Assembly: GCA_964487735.1 (NCBI GenBank) | Contig: CAZASJ010000008.1 | Location: forward strand, 697 to 64,696 | Origin: an uncultured Bacteroidales bacterium | GTDB lineage: Bacteria > Bacteroidota > Bacteroidia > Bacteroidales > B18-G4 | DNA length: 64,000 nt | Direction: 5' to 3' | In this document: positions 1 through 9,229 of the stretch, piece by piece | Numbering within the stretch: the first letter of the stretch is position 1 | How the letters are laid out: each line of letters starts with the position of its first letter | Made by a program: the position numbers and the translations under genes | Notes under the pieces: model-generated | Databases searched by the model: none | The model's input: the letters and a program-made list of their open reading frames with translations, nothing else | What the model was told of the DNA's origin: nothing

Positions 1-885
1 TGCCGTCATATTGGTGCGGACACTGATGTCCCAGCCGGTGACATTGGCGTTGGTGGTAGAGAAATTGGTTTCCTCTTCGGTCAGTACAAAAGAATCAGAA
101 ATGAATTTGTTGGGGTTCTTACAGGAAAAGGAAGGAATTGGGGTGGTAGCCGCATTCGTCCTGAAGCTACAGGATACGGACAGGTTTATTTTGCTCAGGA
201 AATGCTCAAAGTACGTGGCGACAGCATGAAAGGAAAGATCTGTACTGTTTCAGGATCAGGTAATGTTGCTCAGTATGCTACCGAAAAAGCTACTATGCTT
301 GGTGCAAAAGTTGTTACCATGTCTGACTCTGCAGGTTTCATATATGACCCTGCTGGCATAGATGCTGAAAAACTTGCGTACGTGATGAACCTGAAAAACG
401 TTAAGAGAGGCCGTATTTCAGAATATGCTGAAAAATACGGATGTGAATATTATGAAGGAAAACGCCCATGGGGTATTAAATGTGATGTAGCTCTTCCAAG
501 TGCAACCCAGAATGAGGTTGATGAGAATGATGCCAAAACACTGATTGCCAATGGATGTTTCCTCGTTTCTGAAGGTGCAAACATGCCTTCAACACCAGGA
601 GCAATTGAAATTTACCAGAATGCCAAGATCATGTACGGCCCGGGTAAAGCTGCCAACGCAGGTGGTGTTGCTGTTTCAGGCCTTGAAATGAGCCAGAATT
701 CACTGCGTCTGTCATGGACAAGGGAAGAGGTTGATGGCAAGCTACAACAGATCATGAAAGACATCCATGCTACTTGTTTGCAATATGGACCAAGAGACGG
801 CAATTATGTTGACTATGTACAAGGTGCCAATGTTGGTGGATTTGTAAAAGTTGCCGATTCAATGATTGATCAAGGATACGTATAA
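1..885 (+). CDS. gdhA: NADP-specific glutamate dehydrogenase, C-terminal part (5' end lies upstream of the window)
   Basis: Frame 1 is open from nt 1 (CRHIGADTDVPAGDIGVGGREIGFLFGQYKRI..GKGRNWGGSRIRPEATGYG) and runs into track ORF 202..885. It carries Glu/Leu/Phe/Val dehydrogenase motifs and the Rossmann motif VSGSGNVAQ. Stop at 883-885. Confidence 0.9.
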   Translation, partial: CRHIGADTDVPAGDIGVGGREIGFLFGQYKRIRNEFVGVLTGKGRNWGGSRIRPEATGYGQVYFAQEMLKVRGDSMKGKICTVSGSGNVAQYATEKATMLGAKVVTMSDSAGFIYDPAGIDAEKLAYVMNLKNVKRGRISEYAEKYGCEYYEGKRPWGIKCDVALPSATQNEVDENDAKTLIANGCFLVSEGANMPSTPGAIEIYQNAKIMYGPGKAANAGGVAVSGLEMSQNSLRLSWTREEVDGKLQQIMKDIHATCLQYGPRDGNYVDYVQGANVGGFVKVADSMIDQGYV

Positions 886-899
886 AAAAGGTACCGGGT

Positions 900-923
900 C
901 TCGATCCTCATGTACGGATCGAG
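900..923. other. Perfect 8-bp hairpin between the convergent genes
   Basis: CTCGATCC (900-907) / GGATCGAG (916-923), 8-nt loop. No adjacent T-run on the plus strand. On the minus strand a T6 run follows after 9 nt, so it may be a weak terminator for the minus-strand operon. Confidence 0.3.
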
Positions 924-1005
924 GATCCTCGAAAAACAATGAAATCAAAGATTTCTGGTTTTTCGGGATACCGGATACCAGGGCCCGGATATTATTTACG
1001 AGAAT

Positions 1006-2262
1006 TCAGGATCCCGCTTCAATAGAGGCGGGATCTTTTTTTATGGCAAAAAGATAGGCGTTAAAGAATGCATAGAAGACGACTCCGGCCTGTGTTTCCA
1101 GCATCGACTCAAAAAGGAAATTAAATGCGATGAGCAAAATAAATATGAGATAAAGATAGTGCTTAAACTCGATGCTGTACAGTGCCGGGAGGATGAGGTT
1201 TAACAATAAAACCACCAAGCCGAATAGTCCCAAGGCTATGAGTGTTTGAAGATACTGATTGTGCGCATTCAATTCGAGTTGCAGGGCATTCATCATTTGT
1301 TTTTCACTGTACTTTGCCAGAAGATGGTCTTTTACATCGCCTGTACCAACACCGCCAAGCAGATTGTCATTTGTGATCTCAAATACATACCACCAGATCA
1401 TAATACGTTCACTTGAACTATTGGCAATTTCATCTGCATGTATATCTGCCTGCCCTATAGCTTCACGGGTTTCTGCAAAACGCGTAGCTGAAGATGGAAA
1501 AAGTAAAAACAAAAATACAAAGGATGCGATTAATAAACCTCCGGATATGAAGGCCTTAGCGATTCGTTTCTGACTAAAAACCAGGTACGATATATACATT
1601 CCAATGATGAGCAAAAGACTGAGAATACCCGCTTTGGAACTAAGGAGTATCACAAAAAACTCAAATGCCAGAACAGCAAACATAGCAAGCATTTGCATCC
1701 TCTTCCCACGAATCACTTTTTTCCAGCTGAAATACAGGAGTACGGCGATGGCAAAACATGCATACATCGAAAGGTATGATGGATGGATCAGAAATGACAA
1801 TCGACTGTAATAAAATACTTCGATGGAGCCTTCCTGTATATAATTATAGATGGCAAAGGCATAACACAGGAACATGGAAGCCGCTACACCATACACAAAG
1901 GAAAAAAGTATTTTCCTTGCAATTTTTATCGACAGCACATCTTCACGAATACTTGCCAGTACCACTGGAAAAATGAAGAGAGACATTTTCACCTCCAGAT
2001 CGAACAAGCCATTGCTAAAATTATTTGTATATGCCAATCCCAGGAAATAAAAAAGGTATATGCCGGCAAATAAGAGTGTATTCAAGCGATGAACCGAATG
2101 TGCCAATCTTTTTGCCTTTGCAATGAAATCGCCTTCGAGCAGCCATGTGATCAAAATCGTGGCAATCAGGTATGGGATCACTTTGCGATATATCGGAAGC
2201 ATAAAAGCGAAAGCCATCAGTTCATACTGATAGATACGGAGGATATGTTTTTCGCTTATCAA
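1006..2262 (-). CDS. O-antigen ligase / Wzy_C family polytopic membrane protein
   Basis: 418-aa ORF with about 10 hydrophobic segments and the family loop GGVGTGD..LNAHNQYLQTLIALGLFG. The codon at 2262 is TTG and the first ATG is at 2217. The last ~12 codons run through the gdhA terminator hairpin. Confidence 0.6.
   Translation of the reverse strand: MISEKHILRIYQYELMAFAFMLPIYRKVIPYLIATILITWLLEGDFIAKAKRLAHSVHRLNTLLFAGIYLFYFLGLAYTNNFSNGLFDLEVKMSLFIFPVVLASIREDVLSIKIARKILFSFVYGVAASMFLCYAFAIYNYIQEGSIEVFYYSRLSFLIHPSYLSMYACFAIAVLLYFSWKKVIRGKRMQMLAMFAVLAFEFFVILLSSKAGILSLLLIIGMYISYLVFSQKRIAKAFISGGLLIASFVFLFLLFPSSATRFAETREAIGQADIHADEIANSSSERIMIWWYVFEITNDNLLGGVGTGDVKDHLLAKYSEKQMMNALQLELNAHNQYLQTLIALGLFGLVVLLLNLILPALYSIEFKHYLYLIFILLIAFNFLFESMLETQAGVVFYAFFNAYLFAIKKDPASIEAGS
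1010..1042 (+). terminator. Rho-independent terminator of gdhA
   Basis: 8-bp stem GATCCCGC (1010-1017) / GCGGGATC (1028-1035), 10-nt loop, then T7 (1036-1042). Confidence 0.7.
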
Positions 2263-2267
2263 ATTGA

Positions 2268-3533
2268 TTATTTCCTTTGTTTTAAGGCCATCAATTCCTT
2301 GTAGAATTGATCAGCAATCACTTCCCTGTTGAAAGCTTTTCCGACATATTCCCTGGCATTCATTCCCAAATCAGAAAGCAGTCTCTCATCCTGAGATAAA
2401 AGTAATACCTTTTCAGCAAGCTCAGCATCATTTTCAGGTTCAAATGCCAACCCACAATTGCCTTCATCTATAAAAAGTTCTTTTGCTTCTCCTTCCACCC
2501 CCAATAAAATGGGCTTTTTCATAGCCAGGCTTTCAAATATCTTCGACGGGATGGCACCTTTAAACAAATCCAGCCTTTTCAGCGGAATCACCGACACATC
2601 TATAGTGGAAAGCACATCCGGGATTTTTTCTTTCGAAATGGTATCAAAAAAGAATACATTCTCAAGTTTCATTTCTTCTTTCAAAGCGATCATTTTCTCT
2701 TTAAGGGGACCACTACCCATCAGAATAAATTTCACCTGTACATGTTCCCGAAGTTTTGAAGCTGCCCTTAAAATCACTTCCAGTCCCTGAGCATGGCCCA
2801 GGATCCCTCCATAAAAAACAAGAAAATCATTGCTGTTAAATGAATTTTCCTCACGCCATTTACCATTAATCTTTCCCGAATCATAGTATTTTAAATCAGC
2901 ACCATTGGGAAGCCAGTAAACCTTTTTATTGGGAAACCGTCCTGAAATATTTTTTACAATGCCCTTTGTTTGCCCTGTTACCAATATTGAATTCCTATAA
3001 AGGCATTCCTCCAGTTTTGTACTCATTCCCAGCAGGAGATTTGATTTGATCAGACCTAATTTCTCCGCACTTTCCGGCCATAGGTCAGACACATTAAAGA
3101 TGAGACCTGCCCTTTTTAACTTTGAAAGAAGGAAAGCTGACATCCCAAGGAATAAAGGTGGCGATTCGCAGAGGATATAGTCACATTTTCCGCAACGGAA
3201 TATTCCTGTAAAAAATGATGTAAAGACAAATGAAAAATAATTGAGCAGTCGGAGAAAGATTGACTTGCTGTTTTTTACAAAAATCCACGACCTGAAAACC
3301 TTTATACCATCAATTTCCTCCTTCTTAAAGCATTTATACCTGTATCCCACATAGGTTTTCATTTGAGGGTAATTGGGCATGGCAGTCAGCACCTTCACCT
3401 CTATCCCCCTGTCTTTCAACCTCACAGCCAGTTCATGCAGGCGATTTTGCGCTGCACCTGTTTCTGGTGGATAGTATTGTGTGAGAATGAGAAGTTTCAA
3501 ATTTCTAAAGGTTCTCCCGAAGGGGATGGTCAT
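2268..3533 (-). CDS. Glycosyltransferase family 4 (WcaI/WbuB-like)
   Basis: 421 aa. N-terminus LILTQYYPPETGAAQNRLHELAVRLKDRGIEV and C-terminal GT-B motifs (GGILGHAQGL, EGEAKEL). The ATG at 3531-3533 overlaps the upstream stop by 1 nt. Confidence 0.8.
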   Translation of the reverse strand: MTIPFGRTFRNLKLLILTQYYPPETGAAQNRLHELAVRLKDRGIEVKVLTAMPNYPQMKTYVGYRYKCFKKEEIDGIKVFRSWIFVKNSKSIFLRLLNYFSFVFTSFFTGIFRCGKCDYILCESPPLFLGMSAFLLSKLKRAGLIFNVSDLWPESAEKLGLIKSNLLLGMSTKLEECLYRNSILVTGQTKGIVKNISGRFPNKKVYWLPNGADLKYYDSGKINGKWREENSFNSNDFLVFYGGILGHAQGLEVILRAASKLREHVQVKFILMGSGPLKEKMIALKEEMKLENVFFFDTISKEKIPDVLSTIDVSVIPLKRLDLFKGAIPSKIFESLAMKKPILLGVEGEAKELFIDEGNCGLAFEPENDAELAEKVLLLSQDERLLSDLGMNAREYVGKAFNREVIADQFYKELMALKQRK

Positions 3534-4591
3534 TATTGCTTATTCTGCAGGTATGATGCAGTTCTAACTATTTTATCGAAAACAAAGTACTGTATCAGTA
3601 CGAAATCACGATCATCATTTATGTATGCATACAACCTATCAAGATCGAAAGGTTCCAGGGCTGCACCTTCACTGTCGTAAAGCTCAGAAAAGCCCCCCTT
3701 TCTGTAGGTTTTTACTACGAACTCTGAACCATCCCTTTCTGTAAGCGTAATGATATGAGCCATGGGGCCTGCAGCAATGGAATCAATATATTCAGCATCC
3801 AGTTTATTGTTCAATACTGATTCAAAACGAATGTCTTTAAAGGCGGTAACAAATTGCAGCATCCTCAGGGTATCATATGCCATTGGTATATTGTTATTCA
3901 ATCCGTGCATGCTGATATTCCCCCGTTCGTCCGTTTCCACAACATAAGATTCCTCTGGTGTTTCGAGGAATTCCATTCTTACAGAGGCCAGGTTTTGAAT
4001 AGGTGTTTTAAATATCGTATGATCCCGCCAGTCGTCCTCATTTGTAGAATAGCGTGTGTACACAAATCCCCTTAAACTGGGGATATAAACCACATAAGGT
4101 TGATCGGCACCTTCCATCATCATAAAAGTACCCATGTTATCCTGTGTTGCATCACCAACATAATATGTTCTGGCAAGTTTTTCGTAAGGAAATAATTTAA
4201 CCTTGTTAAATAGATTAATACGATAGCTGTTTGTATAGACCTCAACTTTTTTGGCGATGGTAGCCAGCCTAGTGATCACATTGTCGCGGGCCGCAAGAGG
4301 AACCGGGTAACGCACCTTAATATCTTTTATGGTTCCAAGCAACATAACCATATTGAAGTTCAAAGCAAGGTGTTTATCATTAATGATCCACTTGCCCATG
4401 GCTTCCTTCTCAAGCTTAACACTTCTGTTGTTCTTATCCACCATAAAGATCTTGGTGATAGAAGCAGTATCGCTAATGGCAAAGCCACCTTCTGATTCAT
4501 CAAGTGTCGTGTATCTGTCATTCACGATGAAGAAATTAGCGATGATGACTACAAACAGGATCAGTAATAAAACAAATCTTTTCTTTTTCAT
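3533..4591 (-). CDS. DUF4340-like protein with an N-terminal membrane anchor (typically follows gldG)
   Basis: The track ORF extends to 4699, but the plausible start is the ATG at 4589-4591 (MKKKRFVLLLILFVVIIANFF..), 12 nt after the gldG stop. Assignment rests on position and general sequence character only. Confidence 0.5.
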   Translation of the reverse strand: MKKKRFVLLLILFVVIIANFFIVNDRYTTLDESEGGFAISDTASITKIFMVDKNNRSVKLEKEAMGKWIINDKHLALNFNMVMLLGTIKDIKVRYPVPLAARDNVITRLATIAKKVEVYTNSYRINLFNKVKLFPYEKLARTYYVGDATQDNMGTFMMMEGADQPYVVYIPSLRGFVYTRYSTNEDDWRDHTIFKTPIQNLASVRMEFLETPEESYVVETDERGNISMHGLNNNIPMAYDTLRMLQFVTAFKDIRFESVLNNKLDAEYIDSIAAGPMAHIITLTERDGSEFVVKTYRKGGFSELYDSEGAALEPFDLDRLYAYINDDRDFVLIQYFVFDKIVRTASYLQNKQ

Positions 4592-4602
4592 GGTATACCG
4601 GA

Positions 4603-6369
4603 TTATCTGGCTGTAAATCTCTTCTTTCTTATGAAAACGTAAACGATACCAAAAAGGATGATTAATATTGGCGGAACCACTACATTGATAAGTTGCCACC
4701 TCAATTCATTTCCTTTCAAATAGGTATTGTCGAGCAATCGTAATTTAAGCTCGCGTGAGCGGATGCTGATAAGGTCTGAACCCTCAGTTAGGTAATCGAT
4801 GGCATTGAGGATAAATTTCTTATTTCCGAAGGTTTGTTCGGTATATCTGTCATACCCCAGAGGCAAAGTGTAACCCTGGGTAGGATGTATCTGATTCTTG
4901 ATAATATCCCCGTCTGAGATCACGATCATGGAGGTGGGCACACTCCTTTCAACAAAACCAATTTCCTTGCTGTAAGCAAGCGAGGGAGGAATGCGATTTT
5001 TGTACAACGAGGAGAATTGGCCTTCAAGAAGCACAGCTACAGGCAAGTACTGCTCATTATACAAGGATTCATCAGGTTCGTAGCCCATGATATTCAAATT
5101 GATGTAAACCGGGGCATTCATACTTCTTGAGTAAGGCGAACTGTTCAGGAGGAATGTTTTTTTCACTCCGGGGATTCTGATGGTATCGATGCTACTCACA
5201 AATTCAGTCTTCACTGCGCTCAGATTGCTCACCACCGGATGGCTTACTTGTGGAGTTACCAATGGGAAGAAATACCATGTAAAAAACTCAAATTGCGGTT
5301 GTCCGCCAACACTTCCAGAAGTAAGAGGGATGGGCAGAGCGATCAGGTCCATGATAAGGTCGGTGTTTAACCTGACTCCGTAGTTAAAGAGCTGATCATC
5401 GAGGTAAATATTGTTTGTTACGCCCATGGTAGCACCACCAAACTGAAGGCTATCCATAGATGCAAATACAGGATCCACAAGCCAGAGTACTTTACCGCCA
5501 TACATGATGTATTGGTCGATGATGAACTTATCTCTTTCGCTGAATACAGAGTCCGGCCCTGCAATGATAATGGCATCATAAATATTGCGGATCAACATTT
5601 CTCCAGTTGAATCCTTCTCTATCCTTTCGGTCAGGGCATTCACTTTTTCTTTGATCCTCACTCGTTCAACAACATACTTCTCCTGGAGTGCTGAAGTAAT
5701 ATCAGCAGTTTCCTTTCGGCTAAGTTCTCCATGTCCTTCTATGAATGCAATCTTTGGTTTGACATCAACAGCCAGCAGGTTAACAGCATATGCCAGGTTG
5801 AACTCAACATCCTGAATGGCCTTGTTCACCATTTCATCCTCGCTTGCTCCCCTCTCAGGACGCATGAGTTGGAGCGGAGTATTCCTTGCCTTATATGAAA
5901 CAATTGCCCCCGGGAATATGAGTTGAAATTTCACTGTTTCGGCTTCATCCTGTCGTACCTCAGCAGGCATCAAACCCTGGGTTTTCAGGATTTCATGTGT
6001 ATTGTATCGTTCTTTTGGATCATCGCTTGCAGAAGGGTTGATAAAATCATATTGAATCTTATCGGTATACACCCTGAACTCATCAAGCATTTCTCGTGTA
6101 GCATTCTGCAGTCTCTTATATTTGGGTGGAAGGTCTCCATCGAGATAAACCTTGAAATACACAATATCATCCAGGTTTTTGAGCAATTCACGCGTATCAT
6201 TGCTCACGGTATAACGCTTCTCTGCAGTCAGGTCGATCCGTGTAAAAAACTGTTCGCTGATGATACTAATAAGGACAATGATCACGATACCCAGTGCAAG
6301 CCGGATCCAGCTGCTTTTTTTCTGGTTTATCTTCTTTTTTGTCATTGTACTTATATTTTTATTTACCAC
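4603..6369 (-). CDS. gldG: Gliding-motility-associated ABC transporter accessory protein GldG (ABC-type uncharacterised transport system family)
   Basis: 588 aa with N- and C-terminal TM anchors and a typical N-terminus ..FFTRIDLTAEKRYTVSNDTRELLKNLDDIVYFKVYLDGDLP. The codon at 6369 is GTG (7-nt overlap with gldF). An alternative ATG lies at 6345. Confidence 0.75.
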   Translation of the reverse strand: MVNKNISTMTKKKINQKKSSWIRLALGIVIIVLISIISEQFFTRIDLTAEKRYTVSNDTRELLKNLDDIVYFKVYLDGDLPPKYKRLQNATREMLDEFRVYTDKIQYDFINPSASDDPKERYNTHEILKTQGLMPAEVRQDEAETVKFQLIFPGAIVSYKARNTPLQLMRPERGASEDEMVNKAIQDVEFNLAYAVNLLAVDVKPKIAFIEGHGELSRKETADITSALQEKYVVERVRIKEKVNALTERIEKDSTGEMLIRNIYDAIIIAGPDSVFSERDKFIIDQYIMYGGKVLWLVDPVFASMDSLQFGGATMGVTNNIYLDDQLFNYGVRLNTDLIMDLIALPIPLTSGSVGGQPQFEFFTWYFFPLVTPQVSHPVVSNLSAVKTEFVSSIDTIRIPGVKKTFLLNSSPYSRSMNAPVYINLNIMGYEPDESLYNEQYLPVAVLLEGQFSSLYKNRIPPSLAYSKEIGFVERSVPTSMIVISDGDIIKNQIHPTQGYTLPLGYDRYTEQTFGNKKFILNAIDYLTEGSDLISIRSRELKLRLLDNTYLKGNELRWQLINVVVPPILIILFGIVYVFIRKKRFTAR

Positions 6370-7094
6370 TTCCTGCTTGACAGAGAAAATCTGGTAAGCA
6401 TCAGGAAGAATGCGATCAAACTAATGAAATATAGAATGTCTCTGCTATCAACCACACCACGGCTTATAGATTCATAATGAGAGAAAATCCCTAGTGAGCC
6501 AATGATCAGGCCAAGGTTACTGAATAGATCCAACGGCCAGATAAACTCAAAACCTACATAAACAAAGGCTGAAAGCAGGGCTGCCAGGATGAATGATACA
6601 ATTTGGTTATCCGTAACAGAAGAAGCAAACAGCCCAATGGAAACAAATGATGCTCCCAAAAACAAAAGGCCGATATAAGATCCCCACATGGCACCCGAAT
6701 CAATGTTCCCCGGTGGAAGGCCGAGTTGATAAACAGAATAATAATAAACCAATGTGGGCAACAGAGCGAAAATTACAAGCAAAACACCTGCAAAGAATTT
6801 TGCCAGGATGATCTGCAATTCTGTTAAAGGCTGGGTAAGCAAAAGCTCTATTGTTCCACCTTTTTTTTCTTCTGCAAACATGCGCATCGTAATGGCCGGG
6901 ATCAAAAACAAGAACACCATGGGTGCAATGGTAAAAAGCCCGTCGATGCTGGCATAACCATTCGTAATAATATTTTGTCCAAAACTAATGACCCACAGGA
7001 AAAAACTCACCACAAGTAAAAATACCACTATCACAATATATGCGATGAGTGAACTTAAAAAACTTTCTATTTCCTTACGTAATAATGCAATCAT
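6363..7094 (-). CDS. gldF: Gliding-motility-associated ABC-2 type permease GldF
   Basis: Six-TM ABC-2 permease. I prefer the ATG at 7092-7094 (MIALLRKEIESFLSSLIAYIVIVVF, 243 aa) to the track start at 7241, whose extra 49 residues look non-coding. No ATPase gene (gldA) is adjacent. Confidence 0.7.
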   Translation of the reverse strand: MIALLRKEIESFLSSLIAYIVIVVFLLVVSFFLWVISFGQNIITNGYASIDGLFTIAPMVFLFLIPAITMRMFAEEKKGGTIELLLTQPLTELQIILAKFFAGVLLVIFALLPTLVYYYSVYQLGLPPGNIDSGAMWGSYIGLLFLGASFVSIGLFASSVTDNQIVSFILAALLSAFVYVGFEFIWPLDLFSNLGLIIGSLGIFSHYESISRGVVDSRDILYFISLIAFFLMLTRFSLSSRKW

Positions 7095-7324
7095 TCTTTC
7101 TGTCTGGCCAATCCTTTTAGCAGGCGCTAAAATAGTGATTTTTATGCAAACGCTGTTGGAGAAATTATAGTATGGATTTATAAATAACTTCGCCTCTTGA
7201 TAGGATTTCTTCAGCAGAGACATGAAAACAGGAAATTCCAAGGTCTATTCTCTGTCATTTTATGAGAACTCACATGATCTAATTCAGAATTCTATATGAA
7301 ACCCAATCATCAATCGACAATCGC

Positions 7325-8101
7325 CTAATCAAGAAACTCCACCCTCACCGGATCATTAGGGAAAAGGCCCAAAAGGGAACTTGCCGGTGCATTATTCATT
7401 GCTATTTCCAAATGACCGTTACAGCCAAACAAGGCCAGCAATTCACCTACCGGAACATCAGAATACGATTCATAAAGTTTTCTCGTTTCCTCTCCTCTGA
7501 AACCAATAATATATTTACGGTTTTTCCCAACCTCCTTAAACTTTTCCAGGGTGATGTTGGTGATCACATTTTCGTAATTGTCGATATAAATCACCATTCC
7601 TTTAATCACATTGGCATCCACTACCGGGGCGAAAAGAATTTTTTGGTTCAGGGCTTCCCGTTCAGTACCTAATTTAGAGATATCTTCACCTGCTGCCAGC
7701 AAAGCTGCTGCTTTCACAAAACGGTCGCGGGAAGAAAACGTAAAGAATTCTGAATCCTGCATCAGCGTGATCTCAACCACTTTATCCGCCCCTTTTTCAA
7801 ATAAAAGTGAAAAGATTCCATTGTCGGCACCGATAAAATATTGTCCGTCAGCAAAAACTGCTGTATGAGGATTTTTCTCAGATTCCTCCGTACTGACACC
7901 GATGATATGAATGGTCCCTGGGGGGAAATCCCGGTAACAATTCTTCAGCACAAATGCTGCTTCAGTAAGGTTATGCGGGGGAATTTGATGAGAAATATCA
8001 ATGATCCTGGCTTCAGGGACCTGCTTTAAGATCGTTCCCTTAACGGAAGCAAGATAATGGTCTTTGGTTCCCCAATCGCTGGTCAGTGTAATTACTGGCA
8101 T
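7325..8101 (-). CDS. SAM hydroxide adenosyltransferase / SAM hydrolase family protein (DUF62)
   Basis: 258 aa. MPVITLTSDWGTKDHYLASVKGTILKQ..IIDISHQIPPHNL is characteristic of this family. Confidence 0.8.
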   Translation of the reverse strand: MPVITLTSDWGTKDHYLASVKGTILKQVPEARIIDISHQIPPHNLTEAAFVLKNCYRDFPPGTIHIIGVSTEESEKNPHTAVFADGQYFIGADNGIFSLLFEKGADKVVEITLMQDSEFFTFSSRDRFVKAAALLAAGEDISKLGTEREALNQKILFAPVVDANVIKGMVIYIDNYENVITNITLEKFKEVGKNRKYIIGFRGEETRKLYESYSDVPVGELLALFGCNGHLEIAMNNAPASSLLGLFPNDPVRVEFLD

Positions 8102-8150
8102 GGACCTTAATGCTGTTTTTGATTATGTTTTTAAGCCTCTAAACTCTTAT

Positions 8151-8158
8151 CAAAAGTA
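8151..8158 (-). promoter_or_regulatory. Candidate Bacteroidota -7 box (TACTTTTG) for the SAM hydrolase gene
   Basis: Plus strand reads CAAAAGTA. Matches TAnnTTTG, 50 nt upstream of the ATG at 8101. Confidence 0.45.
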
Positions 8159-8189
8159 ATAATTTCGAATTAATCGGCGGGTTTTTTTT

Positions 8190-8197
8190 TAATTTTG
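8190..8197 (+). promoter_or_regulatory. Candidate -7 box (TAATTTTG) for phoH
   Basis: Matches TAnnTTTG, 49 nt upstream of the ATG at 8246. Confidence 0.45.
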
Positions 8198-8245
8198 GGT
8201 ACTTATGTCCGTAAAGGGCATTAAATTGCTCATATAAATCATCAC

Positions 8246-9205
8246 ATGAACGAAAAAACCATATCCATAGAAGCATATAGCCCGTTAGAGATTTATGGTG
8301 TCAACGACCATAACATAAACCTGATTAAGAAGTTTTTCCCGGCTGTTAAGATTATCGCCCGGGGAGATACAATAAAAATTGCAGGAAGAGATAAGGACCT
8401 GCAGGAGTTTGAACGTCGCTTTGAGATGCTCCTAGCATCCTTTGAACGATTTGGAAAGATCACTGAGAACGATGTTTTGCAGATCATGGGGACTGAGGGT
8501 ATGGAATATTCTGATACAAGGCAAGGGAATAAACAGGATGATGTTCTGGTATTCGGGCGTAATGGATTGCTTGTTAAAGCCAGGACCGTAAATCAGCGAA
8601 AAATGGTAAAAGCAATTGATAAAAACGACCTTATCTTCGCCATCGGCCCCGCCGGAACGGGAAAAACATATACTGCAGTCGCCCTTGCTGTAAGAGCACT
8701 TAAGAACAAAGAGGTTAAACGGATCATACTTACCAGGCCTGCCGTTGAAGCCGGCGAAAACCTTGGATTTCTGCCAGGTGACCTGAAAGATAAGCTTGAC
8801 CCTTATTTACAGCCATTGTATGATGCCTTAAGAGATATGCTTCCCACTCAGAAGTTGATCTCATATCTTGAAGACGGAACAATTGAGATCGCTCCACTGG
8901 CATTTATGAGAGGAAGGACCCTCGATAATGCATTTTCCATACTCGATGAAGCGCAGAATACCACCCCAAATCAATTAAAAATGTTCCTGACCCGGATGGG
9001 ACGTTCATCGAAATTTATCGTAACTGGCGATATCACACAAATCGACCTGCCACCAAAACAGCAATCAGGACTAATCCATGCCATGGGAATTCTTGATAAA
9101 ACCAAGGACATTGAATTCATCATCCTTGATGAAAAAGACATAATAAGACATAAGCTTGTTAGCAAGATCATTACTGCATATGCGCAAAAGAAGGAAGAAG
9201 CTTAA
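8246..9205 (+). CDS. phoH: PhoH family ATPase
   Basis: 319 aa. Walker A GPAGTGKTY and the conserved block ILTRPAVEAGENLGFLPGDLKDKLDPYLQPLYDAL. Confidence 0.9.
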   Translation: MNEKTISIEAYSPLEIYGVNDHNINLIKKFFPAVKIIARGDTIKIAGRDKDLQEFERRFEMLLASFERFGKITENDVLQIMGTEGMEYSDTRQGNKQDDVLVFGRNGLLVKARTVNQRKMVKAIDKNDLIFAIGPAGTGKTYTAVALAVRALKNKEVKRIILTRPAVEAGENLGFLPGDLKDKLDPYLQPLYDALRDMLPTQKLISYLEDGTIEIAPLAFMRGRTLDNAFSILDEAQNTTPNQLKMFLTRMGRSSKFIVTGDITQIDLPPKQQSGLIHAMGILDKTKDIEFIILDEKDIIRHKLVSKIITAYAQKKEEA

Positions 9206-9229
9206 GAGTTTTCTGATTTTTCAATATGA

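Noticed and set aside
3533-4699. The track ORF start at 4699 for the DUF4340-like gene would overlap gldG by ~97 nt.
   Set aside because: The ATG at 4591 gives a standard basic-then-hydrophobic N-terminus (MKKKRFVLLLILFVV) and removes the long overlap.
6363-7241. The track ORF gives GldF a 49-residue N-terminal extension (MEFPVFMSLLKKSYQEAKLF...).
   Set aside because: The extension is not hydrophobic or family-like. The internal ATG at 7094 yields a ~243-aa six-TM ABC-2 permease of the expected size.
8246-9205. PhoH next to the giant gene could be part of a PhoH/PIN-type toxin module or functionally linked to the adhesin.
   Set aside because: It is convergent with the giant gene and has its own promoter box. 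It has no PIN or other partner ORF and is a standard housekeeping-type PhoH.
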